DNA of 64,000 bases from Lachnospiraceae bacterium (GCA_017431345.1 JAFRLH010000055.1:58229-122228), one strand, 5' to 3'; numbered from the stretch's first letter, positions 44,664-53,800 are shown. Notes: generated from the letters alone by a model not told the origin. Numbers and translations are program-made.

Positions 44664-45290
44664 ATGGTAGAAAAACTGTCTTTCGGAGAACCTTTTATTG
44701 AATCCCGTTACCTGCAGAACGAATTCGGCTTTACAGCGACAGGCCGCTGCAATCTGATCAATCTGGATACAGAGCAGGCGATCACTGTGGAGGGAGAATA
44801 TGCGCTTCCGCCGCTCTGTGCGATGCAGATCTGCGGCGCAAAGATCGACGTTCCCGGGAAAGCCCTGCTGATCTATAATGCCGGCACGCTGGATCTCAAT
44901 GATCTGCAGACGCTGGACTGCTTAAGAAAGGTCTGGAAATCCAATTGGGAACTGACGCATCTGGAAAAACACCGCGGCGTTCCGTATTATAAATCTCCCC
45001 GGATCACGATCGATAATGTGACCATGAATTTCTGCCTGGTCTCCGAACCGGACTGCCCTTCCGGCATTCACCGCGAGCACGACGGAAAGATCAAAGAGCT
45101 GCATGTTCAGCTGGTCGGAGAAGGTGCCGTAGATCTGATGCGTTCAGAGGATCCTTCCTCCATGTATGCCTCTTTCCCGCTCACCGCAGGATGCACGCAC
45201 CTGCCGACGTGGGATCAGGACGGCGATTATCCCTGGCACCGCTACCGCAGCAAAAGCAGATGCATTTTCCTGGGCGTAGAGATCCGGTAA
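44664..45290 (+). CDS. Cupin-like protein of unknown function (paralog 2)
   Basis: 208 aa with PSGIHREHDGKIKELHVQLVGEG and DGDYPWHRYRS. It is a paralog of 41914-42567. Confidence 0.6.
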   Translation: MVEKLSFGEPFIESRYLQNEFGFTATGRCNLINLDTEQAITVEGEYALPPLCAMQICGAKIDVPGKALLIYNAGTLDLNDLQTLDCLRKVWKSNWELTHLEKHRGVPYYKSPRITIDNVTMNFCLVSEPDCPSGIHREHDGKIKELHVQLVGEGAVDLMRSEDPSSMYASFPLTAGCTHLPTWDQDGDYPWHRYRSKSRCIFLGVEIR

Positions 45291-45330
45291 CTGCCTGATA
45301 TACTGCCGAATCTTTTCCTCTACATACAAA

Positions 45331-45381
45331 GCCGCCTGATTGGTTCATTTCCACCCGACTTCCAATTCAGGCGGCTTTTTT
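45331..45381 (+). terminator. Terminator of the LysR-controlled operon
   Basis: GCCGCCTGA-N27-TCAGGCGGC followed by TTTTTT. Confidence 0.6.
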
Positions 45382-45390
45382 ATAAAGGAT

Positions 45391-45449
45391 CAGGGGACGG
45401 TTCTCCGGCTCACTCTGTCTGGCAGAGTGAGCCGGAGAACCGTCCCCTG
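45391..45449. repeat. Perfect 27-bp-arm inverted repeat (bidirectional terminator or REP-like)
   Basis: caggggacggttctccggctcactctg-tctgg-cagagtgagccggagaaccgtcccctg. It is flanked by AAAGGA and TCCCTTTT. Confidence 0.85.
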
Positions 45450-45460
45450 GTCCCTTTTAT

Positions 45461-46195
45461 TTATCTTCCCGCTATGCCGGGCGGCAGTTCAAGATGATTC
45501 GCTTCCAATAAAGTTCTGTCACGAAGGATCTCTTCTGCCGGCCCGTCTGCGGCGATCCTGCCGTTTGAAAGAAGGATCACCCTGCTGCAGGTATCCATGA
45601 TCATATCCAGATCATGCGATGTGATGATCTTCGTCTGAGAAAGCTCTTTTATTGTATTGATCACGATCCGCCGGTTATAAGGATCCAGCGATGCAGTTGG
45701 CTCATCCATCAGGATCGCTTCAGGCTGCATGGCAAGGATCACCGCTATTGCGGCCATCTTTTTTTCACCGCCGGACAGCTTGTGATTGTGCCGGTGCTTC
45801 AGCTCTGTCAGATTCAGCTTCGCAAGCACTTCATCTGCTGTTTTGTCTGCTTCCTCCCTGCTCATACCATAGTTCACCGGCCCGAAGATCAGATCTTCAT
45901 ACACCGTCGGCATGAACATCTGGTCATCCGAATCCTGCAGGACAAAGCCGAGCTTCTTTCTGATGTCCGCCAGATTGTTCCGGCTCATTGGCATTCCATC
46001 GATCAGGATCTCTCCGTCCCCGGATACCAGCCCCAGCAGCAGCTTCATGACGGTCGATTTCCCGGCGCCGTTCGCGCCGATCAGCCCGACCGACTCGCCC
46101 TTTTCAATCCGAAAAGAAAGATCCTGCACCACAGGTTTCCCGTTTTCATATTCAAAACTGACATTTTTCAATTCAATCATTTTTTCACCGCTCAA
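45461..46195 (-). CDS. cbiO: ECF/cobalt-type ABC transporter ATP-binding protein
   Basis: GANGAGKST, LSGGEKKMAAIA and LMDEPTASLD. Confidence 0.85.
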   Translation of the reverse strand: MSGEKMIELKNVSFEYENGKPVVQDLSFRIEKGESVGLIGANGAGKSTVMKLLLGLVSGDGEILIDGMPMSRNNLADIRKKLGFVLQDSDDQMFMPTVYEDLIFGPVNYGMSREEADKTADEVLAKLNLTELKHRHNHKLSGGEKKMAAIAVILAMQPEAILMDEPTASLDPYNRRIVINTIKELSQTKIITSHDLDMIMDTCSRVILLSNGRIAADGPAEEILRDRTLLEANHLELPPGIAGR

Positions 46196-46268
46196 TCCGC
46201 TTATTTTCTGTTACAGGCCTGCAGCAAAGCTGGTTTTTCTCTTCCGGCCTGGCTTCTACTTGCTTCTT

Positions 46269-46378
46269 GTGACCTGATTGCTTGTTTTCCTCTCTTCAGG
46301 TCACTCTTTTATGCCTTCACGCTCGGTTTTCTCTCGCTTTCTGTGACCTGATTGCTTGTTTTCTTCTCTTCAGGTCAC
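46269..46378. repeat. Two copies of a 36-bp hairpin (GTGACCTGA-N18-TCAGGTCAC), period 74 bp, between cbiQ and cbiO
   Basis: The copies are at 46269-46304 and 46343-46378. They are nearly identical, loop included. Confidence 0.85.
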
Positions 46379-46391
46379 TTCCCGCTGCTTT

Positions 46392-47222
46392 TCACCTCAC
46401 AAACAGCCGGCCGACCAGCTCTGCTGCATGGCCATAACGCACAAGCAGGAAAAATGCCGCTGAAACGGCCAGATAAATGGCGTCCCGTATCTCAAACCTT
46501 GTCCGAACCGCATAATGGAACCGCCCGTCATACCCGCGCAGCAGCATGCTCTCGTATAAACGCTGCGCTCTGTCCATGCTGCGCAGCAGCAGCTGGCCCA
46601 AAAACGACCCCCATGCGGCAATATGAATTCCTTTCTGCCCGGGTGCACGCAGATGATAAGCATCCGTCATGACTGCCAGTTCCGAAGTCAGCACGCCGAC
46701 ATATCGGTACGTCAGCAGCAGCAATGTCACCAGCATCTCAGGCACATGGATCTTCCGAAGTACCGCGCAGATGCTGTCCATCGGTGTCGTCGCTGCAAGA
46801 AGGAAGGATGACATCAGGCAGAAAACGCCTTTCAGCATCAGCGTGATCATGGAGATCACACCGCCGGTCACAATGAATCCGCCAAGCCGGAACATCGGCG
46901 TATGGTCAAAGAACGGATTGAACAATCCCACCGCCATGACAAGAGGAAGAACGATCCGCAGTTTGTAAAAACATGTCCGCATCGGGATCCCGGCAAGCGT
47001 GAACAGCAGTACCGGCCAGATCACCATGGGGATGATCCCGGAAAGATCGTATTTATGAAAAGAGAGAACCGCCAGGATATACATAACTGCCGCAGCCAGC
47101 TTCGCGCCTGGGTTTAATGAATGCACGAAAGAAGAGCCTGCGGCAAGTTCATCCATCGCCGTAAGTTCATGCAGGGCATGTTCGATTTTGTTTCCGGGCT
47201 CTCTTTTCATAATACCTTTCAT
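46392..47222 (-). CDS. cbiQ: ECF transporter transmembrane (T) component, CbiQ family
   Basis: It is polytopic, with the end motif LRSMDRAQRLYESMLLRGYDG. The track ORF start (47255) lies inside a MITE-like fragment, so the start was moved to M12 (47222). M16 (47210) is also possible. Confidence 0.8.
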   Translation of the reverse strand: MKGIMKREPGNKIEHALHELTAMDELAAGSSFVHSLNPGAKLAAAVMYILAVLSFHKYDLSGIIPMVIWPVLLFTLAGIPMRTCFYKLRIVLPLVMAVGLFNPFFDHTPMFRLGGFIVTGGVISMITLMLKGVFCLMSSFLLAATTPMDSICAVLRKIHVPEMLVTLLLLTYRYVGVLTSELAVMTDAYHLRAPGQKGIHIAAWGSFLGQLLLRSMDRAQRLYESMLLRGYDGRFHYAVRTRFEIRDAIYLAVSAAFFLLVRYGHAAELVGRLFVR

Positions 47223-47417
47223 AAAACCGCATCTTATAAGCGGTGGATTCTTCACGGCTAAAGCCGTTCAGAATGACAGAAGAGGCAGTTTCCAGACAGG
47301 CTCCATCATACTTCTCTAAATAGCAGGAAAGGAATCTCCCATCTGGCAGGCTGTTCAGAATGACAGAGGCGGCAATTCTCACCGGGACCGGCCGGGCTCG
47401 TACATACTTCTCTAAAT
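47223..47417. repeat. Partial MITE-like copy (47223-47280) plus two direct repeats GTTCAGAATGACAGA...CATACTTCTCTAAAT
   Basis: aaaaccgca..gcggtggattcttc..gttcagaatgacaga aligns with the 3' half of 13841-13959. The direct repeats are at 47266-47321 and 47353-47417. Confidence 0.65.
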
Positions 47418-47565
47418 GACAAAAGAGGCATCTTCAGATACCTCTTTATCATACCATAAAATCCGTTATCACAGAAAACACTATTCAGCTGGCCGCCCGC
47501 CGAATCCAAACAGTTGCTCTGATACCGCTTTCATAATACACAATGATAATCATTCCGCAAGGACT

Positions 47566-48630
47566 TCATCCCACGGAATGCAGGCTGCCTCCTTTTCGCT
47601 TCCGAAAGAAGCCGCCCGCCATACAGACCAGCACGGCGATTCCTGCGACGATCGCAGATCCCACAATACCGGACACCGTCGTTCCGACAGCCGCATCATT
47701 ATTCGGAAATGCATAATCCGGCAGGAAAGAGGTTGCCTCCTGGATCGAGCCGGCAGTATCCGCCGCAGCGCTTGACACGCCGAAATTCTCCTCATCCAGG
47801 CCCATATTCTGGCTGTATCCGGCTTCTTCGTTTCCAAACAGCGCCCATTCCAGGCCGTCCGGGTTGCTGCTGGCAAGCAGGCTTAAGCCCCCGCCGACGA
47901 CCACGACAACAGCCGCCAGAATAGCAAGCGTCGTTCCAAGCGTTCTCTTCGCCGGCGCATGCTTCATATCTTCGCTCTCCAGCAGTTCCGGTCTGGATTC
48001 ATGCACGAATACCAGCACGGCTGATGTGATCAGGCCTTCCACCAGACCGATTGCCAGATGGATCGGCTGCATCAGTGCACAGAACGCGCCGAAAGGAAGT
48101 TCCGTGATTCCGGAAAGGCTGGTCTCCAGCACAACGGAAAAGGCGCCGAGTTGCAGCGTGATAATACATCCGATCACTGAAGCTGCGATAATGCGCAGTC
48201 TCTCCGCATTTCTGCCTTCGCCGAACAGTTTACTCTTCATGATCGGCCGCCAGATCAGATAATATCCCACGAAACAGCCGTAAAACGCCATGTTCCACAC
48301 ATTGGCCCCCAGTGCCATCAGACCGCCGTCCGCGAAGAACAGACACTGGACGGCCAGGATCACAATCATGGACAGGAACCCCGCCTGCGGTCCGAGCAGA
48401 GCCGACAGCATCATACCGCCGCACATATGTCCCGAAGAACCGGTGCCCGGAATCGTATAATTGATCATCTGGCCTGCAAAAACAAGCGCAGCCGTCACAG
48501 CCATTGTCGGCAGTTTCTGCGGTTCCTCATCCAGTTTCAGTTTACGGATCGAAAGACCTGCGGCCGCACCTGAAGCGGCATACATTGTTGCTGCCACGGC
48601 CGGAGCCAGCAGCGCATCTGCCATATGCAT
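47566..48630 (-). CDS. cbiM: CbiM/NikM-family ECF substrate-capture component fused to a PDGLE domain
   Basis: MHMADALLAPAVAA...SSGHMCGGMMLSALLGP...FFADGG. The C-terminus has NPDGLEWALF followed by a final TM segment. Confidence 0.85.
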   Translation of the reverse strand: MHMADALLAPAVAATMYAASGAAAGLSIRKLKLDEEPQKLPTMAVTAALVFAGQMINYTIPGTGSSGHMCGGMMLSALLGPQAGFLSMIVILAVQCLFFADGGLMALGANVWNMAFYGCFVGYYLIWRPIMKSKLFGEGRNAERLRIIAASVIGCIITLQLGAFSVVLETSLSGITELPFGAFCALMQPIHLAIGLVEGLITSAVLVFVHESRPELLESEDMKHAPAKRTLGTTLAILAAVVVVVGGGLSLLASSNPDGLEWALFGNEEAGYSQNMGLDEENFGVSSAAADTAGSIQEATSFLPDYAFPNNDAAVGTTVSGIVGSAIVAGIAVLVCMAGGFFRKRKGGSLHSVG

Positions 48631-48855
48631 ACTTTACCTCTTTCTCAGAATGCGCGGATTACCGGGGCTCCGCATTCTATCTATATACGGGACTTAAGCT
48701 TATCCGCTTCAGCACTTTACCATAATCAAGTATACGTTCGGCAAAATGCCGCCGCAAGCCCCCCAGGGGGTTGTAAACGTTTCCCGCAGCCAAACTTTTC
48801 CTCCGCCGTCAAAACTTCTTCCCTTGGGCGGCAGAAAGAAGCCCTCCCCAGGCAT

Positions 48856-48881
48856 CAAAAAACCCCGCCGTGCGGCGGGGT
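48856..48881 (-). terminator. Terminator of rpsR
   Basis: The minus strand reads CCCCGCCGCACGGCGGGG followed by TTTTTT. Confidence 0.85.
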
Positions 48882-48903
48882 GCATCTGTTTTCCTTATGG
48901 CGA

Positions 48904-49170
48904 TCAGTCTGTTACGTAAGGCATAAGCGCTACGTGGCGGGCTCTCTTTACAGCTGTGGTAAGAGCTCTCTGATGCTTTGCGCATGTTCCGGTGATACGA
49001 CGGGGCAGGATCTTGCCTCTCTCGGAAACATACTTTCTCAGTTTTGCTGTATCCTTGTAATCGATCACGCAGTTCTCTTCACCGCAGAATACGCAGACTT
49101 TTTTTCTTCTGCGGATACCGCCGCGTCTTCTCATAGGGCCGTCTGCCTTGTCACCTTTATTAAAAGCCAT
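48904..49170 (-). CDS. rpsR: 30S ribosomal protein S18
   Basis: [63 protein letters not shown]. Confidence 0.95.
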   Translation of the reverse strand: MAFNKGDKADGPMRRRGGIRRRKKVCVFCGEENCVIDYKDTAKLRKYVSERGKILPRRITGTCAKHQRALTTAVKRARHVALMPYVTD

Positions 49171-49233
49171 TGCTGTTTCCTCCTGATTGTAATGTTGAAA
49201 GTAGGTTTGTCAGCGCATTTGACCGCCGCAGTA

Positions 49234-49352
49234 TGTCATACTGACGACAATTCATTGTCGGAAGTATCCACCGCCCTGCTTCTTCGGTTTTTGTAAAACC
49301 GCACTCTTCAGGGCGCAGATCCTTCGCCGGCAGAGCCGGCTTCAGGATGACA
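49234..49352 (-). repeat. 119-bp MITE/REP-like element (copy A) inserted between ssb and rpsR
   Basis: The minus strand reads TGTCATCCTGAAGCCGGCTCTGCCGGCGAAGGATCT...GCGGTGGATACTTCCG...GTCAGTATGACA. It is collinear with 13841-13959. Confidence 0.6.
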
Positions 49353-49401
49353 ACTGTTATTCATTCCGGCAAGTCCGAAAAATGATTGCGCTATTAAAAA
49401 A

Positions 49402-49896
49402 TTAGTTGAAGGGCAGCTCCTCATCATCCACGCCGTCCGGAATGTTCATGAAACCGTCTCCCACGGGAGCGGCCTGTGCCGGATTGGGATTCACGGGAGC
49501 ATTGTAGGAACCTCCCTGCGCAGCATTATTCTGCGGTCTGGGGGAGAAACCTCCCTGTCCGCCGCCCTGGGCATTCTTGCTCTCGGCGAACTCGATCTCT
49601 TCCGCGATGATCTGTACGGAGAATACTCTCTGTCCTTCGCGGTTCGTGTAATTATCATTCTGTATACGTCCGACAAGAAGGATCTTCGTTCCCTGATGAA
49701 GATACTTCTCTACGAACTCGGCCTGACGTCCGAAAGCAGTGCAGTTGAAGAAATCAGCATCCGCGCTGTCTCCCTGACGCTTGAATCTTCTGTCGACCGC
49801 GATGGAAAACCTGGCTATTGCCATGGAGTTGTCTCCGTTCGTGTAACGGATCTCCGGGTCTCTGGTAAGTCTTCCCATCAAAATGACTTTATTCAT
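49402..49896 (-). CDS. ssb: Single-stranded DNA-binding protein
   Basis: MNKVILMGRLTRDPEIRYT... It has a Gly/Gln/Pro-rich linker and an acidic tip DDEELPF. Confidence 0.95.
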   Translation of the reverse strand: MNKVILMGRLTRDPEIRYTNGDNSMAIARFSIAVDRRFKRQGDSADADFFNCTAFGRQAEFVEKYLHQGTKILLVGRIQNDNYTNREGQRVFSVQIIAEEIEFAESKNAQGGGQGGFSPRPQNNAAQGGSYNAPVNPNPAQAAPVGDGFMNIPDGVDDEELPFN

Positions 49897-50233
49897 CTTC
49901 CTCTTTAACCTCTTCTGCTTCTTTCACCACTTTTTTAGGTGCTTCAGTCTCTTCAGGCTTTACGATCAGGAAGCGGATCACAGGCTCCATAACTCTTACA
50001 TGGGATTCTACCTGCGCGGGGCACTCGGCTTCAGCCTCGAAGGTGATGAAGGTGTAGTAACCCTCTTTCATCTTCTGGATCTCATAGGCCAGTCTCTTCT
50101 TTCCCCAGTCATCCTCACCTACAATGTTTCCGCCGTAAGCGGAGATGTAGCCTCTGATTTTCTCGAGGGCCGCGGCTCTTTCATCATCCTCAAGCTTTGC
50201 GCTCAAGACCACGGCAAGTTCATACTTGTTCAT
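49889..50233 (-). CDS. rpsF: 30S ribosomal protein S6
   Basis: MNKYELAVVLSAKLEDDERAAALEKI...WGKKRLAYEIQK. An AAGGAGG RBS precedes ATG 50233. Confidence 0.9.
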   Translation of the reverse strand: MNKYELAVVLSAKLEDDERAAALEKIRGYISAYGGNIVGEDDWGKKRLAYEIQKMKEGYYTFITFEAEAECPAQVESHVRVMEPVIRFLIVKPEETEAPKKVVKEAEEVKEEDE

Positions 50234-50379
50234 AAAAAACCTCCTTATGGACGCTTGGCCCTTCATTTCACGAAGAGCAAGGATCTGCAGTCTGATGCTG
50301 CATCTGTTGTGTCACAAACATGGATTTTATCACAAAAAAAACCGGGATGCAAGTGCTTTTCCCGGTTTTCTCAACGAAC

Positions 50380-51543
50380 TTATGCTTTTCCGGCGGTCTG
50401 GTACTCCGCCATCTTCTTCTGGATCTTGAAGGTCGGTGAGAGCAGTCCTTCGATACTGGAATCATGGTTGAACGAATCGATCAGCGCGGCCAGATATTCA
50501 CTCATATCCACACTGACATAGTACTCTCTCTGCAGGATCTCCGGCGGCTGATAGATCAGATTGGTGGTATATACCTTATCGATCAGGCCGGCTTCGGTCG
50601 CTTTGTCAAAGGTCTCGATGCCGGAAGTGAACAGGCCGAAGGTCGCGCATGCGAACACTTTCCTGGCCTTGCGCTCTTTGAGCTGTCTTGCTACATCGAT
50701 AATACTGTCTCCCGAAGCGATCATATCGTCCACGATCACGACATCCTTGTCCTCCACGGAGCTTCCGAGGAACTCATGGGCAACGATGGGATTTTTTCCG
50801 TTCACGACTCTTGTATAATCACGGCGCTTATAGAACATGCCTACATCGAGACCGAGCGTATTCGCAAAATAGATCGCTCTTCCGATCGCACCTTCGTCAG
50901 GGCTGATCACCATCATATGTTCGGGATCGATCGTCAGATCCTCGGTCTCCATCAGCGTCTTCATGAACTGGTAGGTCGGCATGATCGTCTCAAAGCCATT
51001 CATCGGGATCGCATTCTGCACTCTGGGGTCATGCGCATCGAAGGTGATGATATTTTCGACACCCATCGCGGCAAGCTCCTGCAGGGCTACGGCACAGTCC
51101 AGCGATTCTCTTGCCTGGCGTTTGTGCTGTCTGCCTTCATACAGGAACGGCATGATCACGTTTACACGCTTGGCCTTGCCGCCCACGGCGGCAATGATGC
51201 GCTTCAGGTTCTGGAAATGATCGTCCGGAGACATCGGATTCTTTTCTCCGTACATCGAATATTCCACACTGTAATTGCTTACATCGGCAATGATAAAAAT
51301 GTCCAGGCCGCGGACGGACGCATTCAGGACGCCCTTTCCTTCTCCGGATCCGAAACGGGGAAGCGAAACATTCAGCAGGAAAGAATCCTTCCTGTAACCG
51401 GCTACCGGCAGTTCCCTGGTACGTCTCCACGATGCCAGATAGGAATCCACATGACTTACAAGATCCTCACAGCCCGGAAGAGCGATCAGTGCCAGCGGTC
51501 CTCTGGGCAGCCCTGTAAGAGACTCGTTTTTTTCGTAAGACAT
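50380..51543 (-). CDS. prs: Ribose-phosphate diphosphokinase (long form)
   Basis: NVIMPFLYEGRQHKR, DAHDPRVQN and VVIVDDMIASGDS (PRPP loop). Confidence 0.85.
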   Translation of the reverse strand: MSYEKNESLTGLPRGPLALIALPGCEDLVSHVDSYLASWRRTRELPVAGYRKDSFLLNVSLPRFGSGEGKGVLNASVRGLDIFIIADVSNYSVEYSMYGEKNPMSPDDHFQNLKRIIAAVGGKAKRVNVIMPFLYEGRQHKRQARESLDCAVALQELAAMGVENIITFDAHDPRVQNAIPMNGFETIMPTYQFMKTLMETEDLTIDPEHMMVISPDEGAIGRAIYFANTLGLDVGMFYKRRDYTRVVNGKNPIVAHEFLGSSVEDKDVVIVDDMIASGDSIIDVARQLKERKARKVFACATFGLFTSGIETFDKATEAGLIDKVYTTNLIYQPPEILQREYYVSVDMSEYLAALIDSFNHDSSIEGLLSPTFKIQKKMAEYQTAGKA

Positions 51544-51564
51544 TTTAAAAATCCTCCTGTGGTG

Positions 51565-52554
51565 CTACGCTTTTGCCCTCATGGAAAGAGCCGGTCTCAG
51601 ATCATCGCCGGGAAATCTCCTGATCCGGAAATTGCCCAGGATCCTGGAAGTGACGCGCTCCGAATACAGTTCCCGCAGATCGTCCAGCGACAGATTGGTG
51701 GAGATGACCGTCGACTTCCCGGATAGTATTCTCTCATTCAGACAGTTGAACAGGCCTGAAACGGTAAACCGGTTGGTCAGTTCCGTGCCGAGATCATCGA
51801 TGATCAGAAGATCGCAGGCATTGATCGTATCCATCTTCCCGGATGCTTCTTCCCTGCCGGAAAACGTGTCTTCCGCCATGATCTTAAAAAGCTGTTCTGC
51901 CGTAAGATACACTACCGGGACCGACTTGTCAAGGAGCGCCTTCGCGATGCAGTGCGTCATAAATGTCTTCCCTGTCCCGGGGTCTCCCCAGAGCAGCAGA
52001 TTGCCGCCCTTTTCCTGAAACGCATCGGCAAACTCCCTGATAAAATCATAGTTCGCTTTCATTATATCACGGACACTGCGCCCGGATCCGTCATTCATAG
52101 GCTGATCCGAAAAAATATCTGCACGCCAGGTCGAAAAATTCTCTTTTGTCAGGATCTCCCTGATCCTGGACTGATCATAGAGCAGGGCCGTCTCCGCGCG
52201 GCGCCTGCATTCACAGGGCCTGCCGTCAATATATCCCGTATCGCGGCAAAGCGGACAATCGTATTTCATTTCCAGATCCGACGGATCGACCCCCGCGGTC
52301 TCCAGCAGTTCCCGCTTCTGGCCGGTGATCAGCGCCCTCCTTGCAGAGAACTCATCCGCCCTGTTCCGGTCTCCCGAAGCCGCCGCCTTTGCCGCTTCAA
52401 AAGCCAGATCGGAAAGTTCCTCCTCCAGCGAAAAGAGCTCCGGCATCATCTCGTAGATCTTCTGCCGGCGCATTTCCCACTCATACGCATGTCTGCTGCG
52501 TCTGCGGTCATATTCCCGCTCTATGATATTGTATTGCTCGTTTGACAGCGCCAT
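51565..52554 (-). CDS. dnaI: DnaC/DnaI-family helicase loader ATPase with an N-terminal Zn-ribbon
   Basis: CPLCRDTGYIDGRPCEC, LLWGDPGTGKTF and LLIIDDLGTE. Confidence 0.8.
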   Translation of the reverse strand: MALSNEQYNIIEREYDRRRSRHAYEWEMRRQKIYEMMPELFSLEEELSDLAFEAAKAAASGDRNRADEFSARRALITGQKRELLETAGVDPSDLEMKYDCPLCRDTGYIDGRPCECRRRAETALLYDQSRIREILTKENFSTWRADIFSDQPMNDGSGRSVRDIMKANYDFIREFADAFQEKGGNLLLWGDPGTGKTFMTHCIAKALLDKSVPVVYLTAEQLFKIMAEDTFSGREEASGKMDTINACDLLIIDDLGTELTNRFTVSGLFNCLNERILSGKSTVISTNLSLDDLRELYSERVTSRILGNFRIRRFPGDDLRPALSMRAKA

Positions 52555-52562
52555 CTCTCCTC

Positions 52563-53738
52563 CTACCAGTTCCCATCCTTAAGAAGCGCGGCGAGATCTG
52601 CCTGGCGCTGGTCAAAATTCACAAGACGCGATCTGTTCTCAGGTTTTTCAGGCGCAGCCTGACGTTTTCGGATGATCTTTCTGGCCGTCTGGGCTTCCTT
52701 TGCCTGCGCAACGCTTTTTACCCCTTTATCGTACCAGTCGGACAGGATCCTGTCCGTATATTCAAAGCTCGGCTGATGGGTCGCCGTCATCGTGGCATTG
52801 ATCGCTTCGGTGATCACATCCAGCGGCATGCCCAGATCCTTCCTCCAGCGTTTCACGAACTGTTTTTCCCTCATCGCCAGGGTCCTGCCGGAGATGCCGA
52901 AGGCCTGCATCACCCTTCTGTTCTCTGTGCTGTATTCCTGATGCGCTTCTCTGGCTTCATCCGCACTCCGGATGCCCTCTTCATGCCAGCCGATCGCGAC
53001 CGATTCCATGTACTTGTACGAGGCATGTCCGCCGTTTACGCAGTATTCCACAAGATATTCGATCAGCTCGGCAGGAAATGCAAGATCCTTATACAGATAG
53101 GCGAAAAGCTGGACATCCTTTGAAGAAAGCGTCCTCTTCAGGTACATTTCGGCAACATATACGACTTCCGCAAAATCCCTGTCCTCCTGCAGATCCGCCA
53201 GTTCGTCCACAGAAACAGCCCGGACGCCCTGCGGCGCCTGTTTTGCGGGCACCGGCACGACACCGGGTTCAGCGGTCTTCTCCGGCTGTCCGGTCAGGCT
53301 GTCATCAGAAGAAACTCCCCCTGCCGCCAGCTTCAGGTCAGCGTCTGTCTCCGGTCCCTGCAGCGCCTCTGCAGACGCGGCGGGCTTCCTTCCAGGCATC
53401 GAAATAACATCCGCTTCTTTCAGGCGGACAGACTCCTCCCCGGGAGCGGCGACCGGCAGGATGGAAACGGACAGAATCTCCCCGCCGCTTTCTGAGAGCG
53501 CAAGGATGCCCTGCTTCTCCCAGTATCTGAGCGCACGAAGAACATCCTTCTCGGTATAATGAAGACGGTCCGCCAGATCGCTTATGTCAATACCGGAAGA
53601 GGACTGCTGCGCAGCCCTGATCAGATACAGATATACTTTTATGAATTCTCCTCCCGCTTCAGGCATATAGATGTCCAGAAACGCGTTCGGGACAGCCGTA
53701 AAACCGGAGAAGCCCTTATTCTCTATATACAATTCCAT
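52563..53738 (-). CDS. DnaD-domain replication initiation protein (DnaB/DnaD-like)
   Basis: 391 aa. It has an N-terminal wHTH-like region and C-terminal DnaD-type repeats (VMQAFGISGRTLAMREKQFVKRW...ITEAIN). It lies immediately upstream of the loader gene. Confidence 0.75.
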   Translation of the reverse strand: MELYIENKGFSGFTAVPNAFLDIYMPEAGGEFIKVYLYLIRAAQQSSSGIDISDLADRLHYTEKDVLRALRYWEKQGILALSESGGEILSVSILPVAAPGEESVRLKEADVISMPGRKPAASAEALQGPETDADLKLAAGGVSSDDSLTGQPEKTAEPGVVPVPAKQAPQGVRAVSVDELADLQEDRDFAEVVYVAEMYLKRTLSSKDVQLFAYLYKDLAFPAELIEYLVEYCVNGGHASYKYMESVAIGWHEEGIRSADEAREAHQEYSTENRRVMQAFGISGRTLAMREKQFVKRWRKDLGMPLDVITEAINATMTATHQPSFEYTDRILSDWYDKGVKSVAQAKEAQTARKIIRKRQAAPEKPENRSRLVNFDQRQADLAALLKDGNW

Positions 53739-53800
53739 TTTCTCCTTCTGAACTTATAAAAGCACAGATTGCAAAAGCAGCGGACTGCTGCTTTTAGGGT

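Noticed and set aside
46196-46391. Possible C-terminal coding extension or small ORF in the cbiQ-cbiO spacer.
   Set aside because: All minus-strand frames contain stops within the spacer. The periodicity comes from the duplicated hairpin.
48631-48855. Cobalamin riboswitch expected in front of cbiM.
   Set aside because: Reading the minus strand, I could not find the B12 box or the conserved GGTG...AATCC / GCCACTG core. I will not call it without a covariance-model hit.
53776-53799. AAAGCAGC-ggact-GCTGCTTT hairpin as the murC terminator or an attenuator.
   Set aside because: It lies downstream of the predicted promoter, in the 5' UTR of the dnaD-like gene. The stem has only a 5-bp GC core. 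I cannot decide its function by eye.
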